NCBI GenBank assembly: GCA_965601925.1
Contig: OZ271854.1
Coordinates: 864,001-928,000 of the forward strand
DNA length: 64,000 bases
Source of the DNA: Alkalispirochaeta sp.
GTDB lineage: Bacteria; Spirochaetota; Spirochaetia; DSM-27196; Alkalispirochaetaceae
Direction: 5' to 3'
The position numbers and the translations under genes were made by a program. Positions 58,768-64,000 of this stretch are shown here, piece by piece (positions within the stretch are counted from its first letter, which is position 1; the number at the start of each line of letters is the position of its first letter). Under the pieces are notes generated by a model, which was given only the letters and a program-made list of their open reading frames with translations, did no database searches and was not told the origin of the DNA.

Positions 58768-59385
58768 ATGGTGAGGTTAGAAAGGCAAGAAATCGTTCAA
58801 GCAAGTCACGTACTGGGAGCCGCCTTCTTTAACGACCCGATTTGGAGAGGCTTTGTACCCGACGGCGAACGACGCGAACGCTTTTTGCCGGCGCTGTTTG
58901 AGTTCCTATTGCGGTGCGGCGACAAATACGGCCGCATATGGGCATCGAGCGATCGTATGGAGGGCGTCGCCATTTGGTTTCCGTCCGAGACGGCGAATCT
59001 CGGCTTTTTTCGTATTCTCCTCGGCGGACTTCTCGGACACGTATCGAAACTAACGTCTGCATAAAAACCGGAGATGCGGGATCTACAGAAGAATATGACG
59101 GTGCTTGAAAAAGATCGCAATCGATTCATGAAGGACCAAGACCACCTCTATCTCGCCGCAATCGGCGTAGCCCCCGAGTTTCAACGCAAGGGTCACGCTC
59201 GGAGACTACTGACGGAGCTGTTCAACGTGTCGCGCGAGCGACGTGTACCGATCTATCTGGAAACCGAGACCGAGGAGAACGTTCGATTGTATGAGCACTA
59301 CGGATTCCAGACGATCGGCGAACGCGATTACTCCCACAAGGGATTTCACATTTGGCAGATGGTGCGACGGCAACAATCGGACTGA
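58768..59385 (+). pseudogene. GNAT N-acetyltransferase interrupted by an in-frame TAA (59062-59064)
   Basis: ORFs 58768-59064 and 59074-59385 are in the same frame. N-half: AAFFNDP..EGVAIW. C-half: YLAAIGV.PEFQRKGHA..YLET..NVRLYEHYGF. Confidence 0.78.
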
Positions 59386-59616
59386 TCCGCCGTTCCGGCG
59401 TCGCGCGAAACGGTGAGACCGTTGCGGACCCTCGGCGTGACACGCCGGAGTCTCGGTCCTTTTGGATCGACAACGAGCCGACGCCGAGATACTATGAAAG
59501 GCAGCGAGCCTAACGGCGGGTACCCGATTGAATCGTCGGGCCGGATCGCGGGGTGTACCCACGTCGAAAGGGATCCCGACCGACCAAAGCGCGGTTTCGA
59601 CCGCGGGAGGTAACGC

Positions 59617-61122
59617 ATGCATTCCGGTATCACCCAGCGGAGTCCATCCCGTGTCTCGACGCTCTTGCTACTCGTAGCCGGTTTCGGCTTATTCGCCTTT
59701 ACGAGGCGCAGCAATCTCGTTCCGACGATTCCCGCGGCTATCGTGGCGGCGCCGATCTTGATCCTTCGATTTTCTCGCACTCTTCCGACCGGTCGCGCGA
59801 TAGTCCTAACGATAGCCGGCTTCGTTCTCTCCATGAACGTGGCGTTGTGGGGTCTGTTCGGTCTTGACGACGCCGCATCTACCGTTCTACTCAACGTGGT
59901 TCGTAGTACGCTTTTGGCGCTACTCTATGCCGTTCCGTATGTAGTCGACAGAGTGATCACACCGCGCTTAGGCGATCGTCCGTGGACGACCTTGGTCTTC
60001 CCGGTGGCGGTAACGGCGATTATGTTTCTCTCATCTCTGGAGGGACCCTTCGACGGTACCACCGCAAAGAACGTGTACGCCACGGGTCCGCTTGTTCTGC
60101 TGCAGATCTATGCGATAACCGGTCTGTGGGGTTTCGTCTTTTTGTGGTCGTGGGTTGCATCCCTCATAAACTTTGCGTGGGAGCGCCGTTTTGCCGCGCG
60201 CTCCACCCTGATTGCCGCAGCGTCGTTTTGCGTAGTGTTCGGGGCGATCGTTCTCTACGGCGGAGTGCGTCTGTATCGAGCACCGGAGGGTGAAACGGTC
60301 ACTCTGGCCGCAGTGGTACTCATTCCCGAGGACGGCACACCGGTCTCCATGGAACGGCTCAACGCCGAGAGGATTACGGTGCCGTACGCGGAGACGCTGC
60401 GACGAATCGAAGCGCTGACCGCCGAGGCGGCGAACCACGGCGCCCGGATCGTCTCCTTCCAGGAGTACGCCATGACGATCGGGAATGAGGACGTCGCACG
60501 TCTCCGAGCGGACTATGCACGTATCGCTTCGGAGTGTGGGGTGTGGCTGTCGGTGACGTACGCCCGATACGCGGATCAAGGCAAGGGAGCCAACATCCAT
60601 GTACTGATCGACGACCGCGGTCGGATTCGCGCCGACTACCAAAAGCGGTATCTCCTGGGGTTGGGTCCGTTCGGCGAAACCGGCGTCTTTTCAAAGGGGG
60701 AAGAGATTATCCAGACGGTCGATACGCCGTACGGCCGTATCGCGGTCTCCATCTGCCGCGACATGAGTTTTCCCGCCTTTGCCAGACAAGCGGGACGGAT
60801 GGGGGCGGACATCATGCTCACGCCGTCGTACGACTTCCCGGCGAGTCGAGGGCTGTCCGACTCCGGGCGGGCCATCGATACGGGGTTTACTCACGTGCGC
60901 CCGACATACAACGGCATCTCCTACGCCATGGACCCCTACGGGAGGGTTCTGGCGCGCATGGCGTCGGCCGACGGGGGAAACGGCATCATGTACGCCGAGC
61001 TCCCGACGCGCGGAGCGCGTACCCTGTACGCTCGCTTCGGCGACTGGTTCGGTTGGCTCACCGTGGCGGCACTCGCCTTTTTCGCCGTGAGAGCCGTCGT
61101 CTCTCGACGTGCAGAACGATAG
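59617..61122 (+). CDS. Membrane-bound carbon-nitrogen hydrolase (apolipoprotein N-acyltransferase-like)
   Basis: N-terminal TM bundle; triad FQEY / YQKRYL / ICRDM; TLYARFGDWF C-terminus. Confidence 0.8.
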   Translation: MHSGITQRSPSRVSTLLLLVAGFGLFAFTRRSNLVPTIPAAIVAAPILILRFSRTLPTGRAIVLTIAGFVLSMNVALWGLFGLDDAASTVLLNVVRSTLLALLYAVPYVVDRVITPRLGDRPWTTLVFPVAVTAIMFLSSLEGPFDGTTAKNVYATGPLVLLQIYAITGLWGFVFLWSWVASLINFAWERRFAARSTLIAAASFCVVFGAIVLYGGVRLYRAPEGETVTLAAVVLIPEDGTPVSMERLNAERITVPYAETLRRIEALTAEAANHGARIVSFQEYAMTIGNEDVARLRADYARIASECGVWLSVTYARYADQGKGANIHVLIDDRGRIRADYQKRYLLGLGPFGETGVFSKGEEIIQTVDTPYGRIAVSICRDMSFPAFARQAGRMGADIMLTPSYDFPASRGLSDSGRAIDTGFTHVRPTYNGISYAMDPYGRVLARMASADGGNGIMYAELPTRGARTLYARFGDWFGWLTVAALAFFAVRAVVSRRAER

Positions 61123-61388
61123 ACACGCGCGAGCGATCGACTCCCTCGACCTCATCCGCATATGCAATGCGGGTCGGTAGCCGAGATCCCCGGCGGCGGA
61201 CACGGTTAGAGCGTGGCCTCCGGTACTCCCTTCGGAGCCCTCGGTACGAAATGTAAGAAATCCATAGCGGTGTACGGAAACCGTCACCGCACGAACCCCG
61301 GCATGACCGTTTCACTCAGAAATAACTGGTTATAGCCAACATCGCTTGCAAACAATCTCTTTTTCTTTGCAATGGTTCTCGCATGGTA

Positions 61389-61685
61389 TGAAACAAGCCG
61401 TCTGAAGGAACGATCGTAAGCGCCGCTTTCACGGAGCTCCGTGATTGGACGCCTTCGGCTGCGCTCAACCTCGATGGTGAGACGAACGTGCTTCGCGCCG
61501 AGATCGACGGCGGTTCACTCACGGTTTCGTTGAACGGAACCGAAGTGCTGTCGACGGTCTATACACCGATCGGCGGAACGCGCGTCGGCGGACGGGTATC
61601 GATCGGCGAAGAAGCGGATGAAAGCTTCCCGAACACACCCGTAGACGTCCGGCTCCGCGTCACGCAGCCGGTCGCGATCCCGTAG
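61389..61685 (+). pseudogene. Possible gene remnant (beta-sandwich C-terminal fragment)
   Basis: Protein-like stretch LRDWTPSAALNLDGETNVLRAEIDGGSLTVSLNGTEV..., preceded by an in-frame TGA, with no good start or SD. Confidence 0.35.
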
Positions 61686-61913
61686 CCGACCGGAGTGCGT
61701 TCCGCGTAGGTCGAAGGACGCTGAAGACCCGACCCATCGCGTTGGTGGAGCCGGAATCGAACATTTCACCGGTGCACCGTCCGGTACGGAGACGTGTCGT
61801 ACCCATCATCCTACGTTCGAGAATCGATCTCACTTTTTTCGATGTTGAAGTGACCGATGTCCCCCGTTCTCGTGTTACTCTGTATATCGATTACCAACGC
61901 AGGAGCCCGAGGT

Positions 61914-62990
61914 ATGAAGCACACTCTCGCCGCAGTCGTCGCGTTCTGGCTTACGCCCCTATTCCTCATCGGCTGTATATCCAACGGCACTTCACGCGCC
62001 GAGTTCGTCCGGATTGAACACGAAGACGAGCGCTTGAACCTGCAGGCGGCTCCCGAAGGTCGCCCGCAGTTTTTTACGGTTGCGGCGCAACCGTCCCGCG
62101 GTTTTCACTATGAGTATTACCTGTTCGTCCCGGCGCGCCTGCAGTCCGGGGAAGCGTCCAGACTGTTGGTGGAACCGAACAACACCGGCACCGTCGACGA
62201 CAACCATTCGCGGCACGCGGAGGGCGCGCGCCGATTCATATCGGATAGTCACACTCGCCGGATCGCCGAGCGACTCGGCATCCCCTTGATCGTACCGACC
62301 TTCGATCGTCCCGAAACGGGATGGAGACGATATACTCACGCCCTCGACAGCGACACCATGGCCATACAGGACGGACCGTTAGCCCGGATCGATCTGCAAC
62401 TTATTGCGATGATCGACCACGCCCGAGCCCTGCTTGCGGAAGAGGGGATCATCATCAAAGAGCGAGTCCTGATGAACGGGTTTTCCGCATCCGGCACGTT
62501 TGCGAACCGTTTTGCCGCTCTCCATCCGAATCGCGTTCGAGCGGTCGCCTCGGGCGGAGTGAACGCTATGCCGATCGTGCCGCTGGAATCGAAAGACGGC
62601 GAAGAGCTGACGTATCACGTCGGTGTGGCCGGCGCCGAGGACCTCACCGGTGTACCGTTCGATATCGACACGTACCGTACCGTAGCGCAGTACATCTATA
62701 TGGGTGAGTTGGACGATAACGATACGCTTCCGTACGACGACGCGTACAATGACGACGAACGGGCGGTAACCGCGGCTATTCTGGGTAATACGATGTCCGA
62801 GAGGTGGGGGAGCGCACAGGCGATATACCGCGAGTTGAACCTACCGGTCCGCTTCGTCACATACGCCGATATCGGTCACGACATCACGAACGATATCGTG
62901 AACGATCTCATACGCTTCTTTGAAGCCAACATGGACGACACGGTCCGGCTGCCGGAGCCGCACGGGGCTACCGTATCGCGGATGCGTTAG
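61914..62990 (+). CDS. Predicted lipoprotein, alpha/beta hydrolase-like
   Basis: Lipobox FLIGC; nucleophile-elbow-like NGFSASG..ANRF..LHP; late GH. GGAG/GAGG SD. Confidence 0.7.
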   Translation: MKHTLAAVVAFWLTPLFLIGCISNGTSRAEFVRIEHEDERLNLQAAPEGRPQFFTVAAQPSRGFHYEYYLFVPARLQSGEASRLLVEPNNTGTVDDNHSRHAEGARRFISDSHTRRIAERLGIPLIVPTFDRPETGWRRYTHALDSDTMAIQDGPLARIDLQLIAMIDHARALLAEEGIIIKERVLMNGFSASGTFANRFAALHPNRVRAVASGGVNAMPIVPLESKDGEELTYHVGVAGAEDLTGVPFDIDTYRTVAQYIYMGELDDNDTLPYDDAYNDDERAVTAAILGNTMSERWGSAQAIYRELNLPVRFVTYADIGHDITNDIVNDLIRFFEANMDDTVRLPEPHGATVSRMR

Positions 62991-63338
62991 TTTCATGGGT
63001 TGAATAGAGATCGGGCTTTTCGTTGTTCTTCGGCACTGCCGGCGGTGCACTCCGGGGCTTGTCGAGAGCATTCTCGATCTCGCGGTACAGGATTATACGG
63101 AGGAGGCGAGGTTCATACGCGCAGAAGTGCGCATGGGGCCGCAAGAGCCCTACAACCTCGAAAGCCGTTTGGTAGGTGCCGTGACTATCGACGAGTATCC
63201 GTTCGTGCTCGGATACCCGCCCGAGCCCGTCTTCTATTAGGTGAGGAGGTCCGTCGGCGACGACGGCGGGCCGATGGACACCACGTCACCGTCGATACGT
63301 GACCGGAGCGCCGCAGGGCGAATCGAGGCGTCGCCGGC

Positions 63339-64000
63339 CTAAAACTGTCGCGTCCACGCCTTGGGCCAGCGCTCCACCACGACCTTGGTCTGCGTGTAGA
63401 ACTCCACACCGTGGCGTCCCTGGGCGTGCAGATCGCCGAAGAAGCTCTCGTTCCACCCGCTAAAGGGGAAAAAGGCCATCGGAGCGGCGACCCCGATGTT
63501 GATGCCGATGTTGCCGGCGTCCGCTTGGTAGCGAAACGTGCGTGCCGTCGCACCGTCTGAGGTAAAGATACACGCCATGTTGCCGTAGGCGCGTTGGTTC
63601 ACGGCGCGGATCGCGTCGTCGAGCGAGTCCGCATGCATCAGGCTCAAGACGGGACCGAAGATCTCGGTGTGCGCGATCCGGCTGTCGAACGGGACACCGT
63701 CCAATATCGTCGGAAAGATCCAGTTGCCGTCCTCGTAGCCCGAGACCGTTTTGCCGCGCCCGTCGACGAGCACGTCGATCTTTTCTTTCTCGCCCTCGGC
63801 GATGATACCCTCGATTCGCGACTTGCTTTCGGGGGTGATGACCGGCCCCATCTCGACACCGGCGTCCAGCCCGTAGCCGACGGTACGCGAGGAGGCGATG
63901 TCGGCGATCTGCTCGGTAAATGCAGCGCGCGCGCGACCGACGGTGATCGCGACACTCGCGGCAAGACAGCGTTGTCCGGCGCAGCCGAAGGCGCTGTCGG
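63339..64000 (-). CDS. mmsA: CoA-acylating methylmalonate/malonate-semialdehyde dehydrogenase (5' end outside the window)
   Basis: [13 protein letters not shown] (catalytic Cys); [45 protein letters not shown]. Confidence 0.9.
   Translation of the reverse strand, partial: DSAFGCAGQRCLAASVAITVGRARAAFTEQIADIASSRTVGYGLDAGVEMGPVITPESKSRIEGIIAEGEKEKIDVLVDGRGKTVSGYEDGNWIFPTILDGVPFDSRIAHTEIFGPVLSLMHADSLDDAIRAVNQRAYGNMACIFTSDGATARTFRYQADAGNIGINIGVAAPMAFFPFSGWNESFFGDLHAQGRHGVEFYTQTKVVVERWPKAWTRQF

Noticed and set aside
59062..59064. Selenocysteine or pyrrolysine recoding in the GNAT gene
   Set aside because: The stop is TAA, not TGA or TAG, and I see no SECIS-like element.
1..64000. CRISPR arrays, tRNA/rRNA, IS elements, prophage or defence genes
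   Set aside because: I saw no regularly spaced repeats, RNA-gene signatures, or transposase, integrase or phage motifs by eye.

Overview
A GC-rich, gene-dense bacterial chromosomal segment. It is probably from a free-living spirochaete; this is inferred from signal peptides ending in 'AGG..E' on the binding proteins and from the MCP style, and the Na+-pumping decarboxylase suggests a saline or alkaline habitat. I found no rRNA, tRNA, CRISPR array, integrase or transposase. Main blocks: (1) 1-16.5 kb: an expanded ynjBCDEF/ydjXZ-like locus with an exported rhodanese, an 861-aa GltD-like/dicluster/CCG Fe-S flavoprotein, a YnjBCD-type ABC transporter, a YnjF-like CDP-alcohol phosphotransferase, a Dpp/Gsi-type transporter with no ATPase, a hydrolase-OsmC fusion, DUF547, MarR, TVP38/DedA and a MerA-like disulfide reductase lacking the C-terminal Cys pair. 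(2) An MCP, a variant TPP riboswitch with an orphan ThiY, arsC divergent from pstCAB, signalling genes, a thioredoxin-like protein and an RND pump. (3) A LarA-family epimerase plus gnd; with uxaE-uxaC-SDR-deoR and a YesMN-linked TRAP transporter these suggest a Thermotoga-type hexuronate to mannonate to gluconate route. (4) oadGAB; an ABC transporter plus metallophosphoesterase operon preceded by four 11-bp-periodic Pho-box-like repeats; and a fungal-GDH2-type NAD-glutamate dehydrogenase. (5) A stop-interrupted GNAT gene, an Lnt/nitrilase-like protein, a lipoprotein hydrolase and partial mmsA/iolA. Six genes show a -10 hexamer 6-7 nt before the start codon, suggesting leaderless mRNAs. All family assignments come from motif recognition by eye, not database searches.
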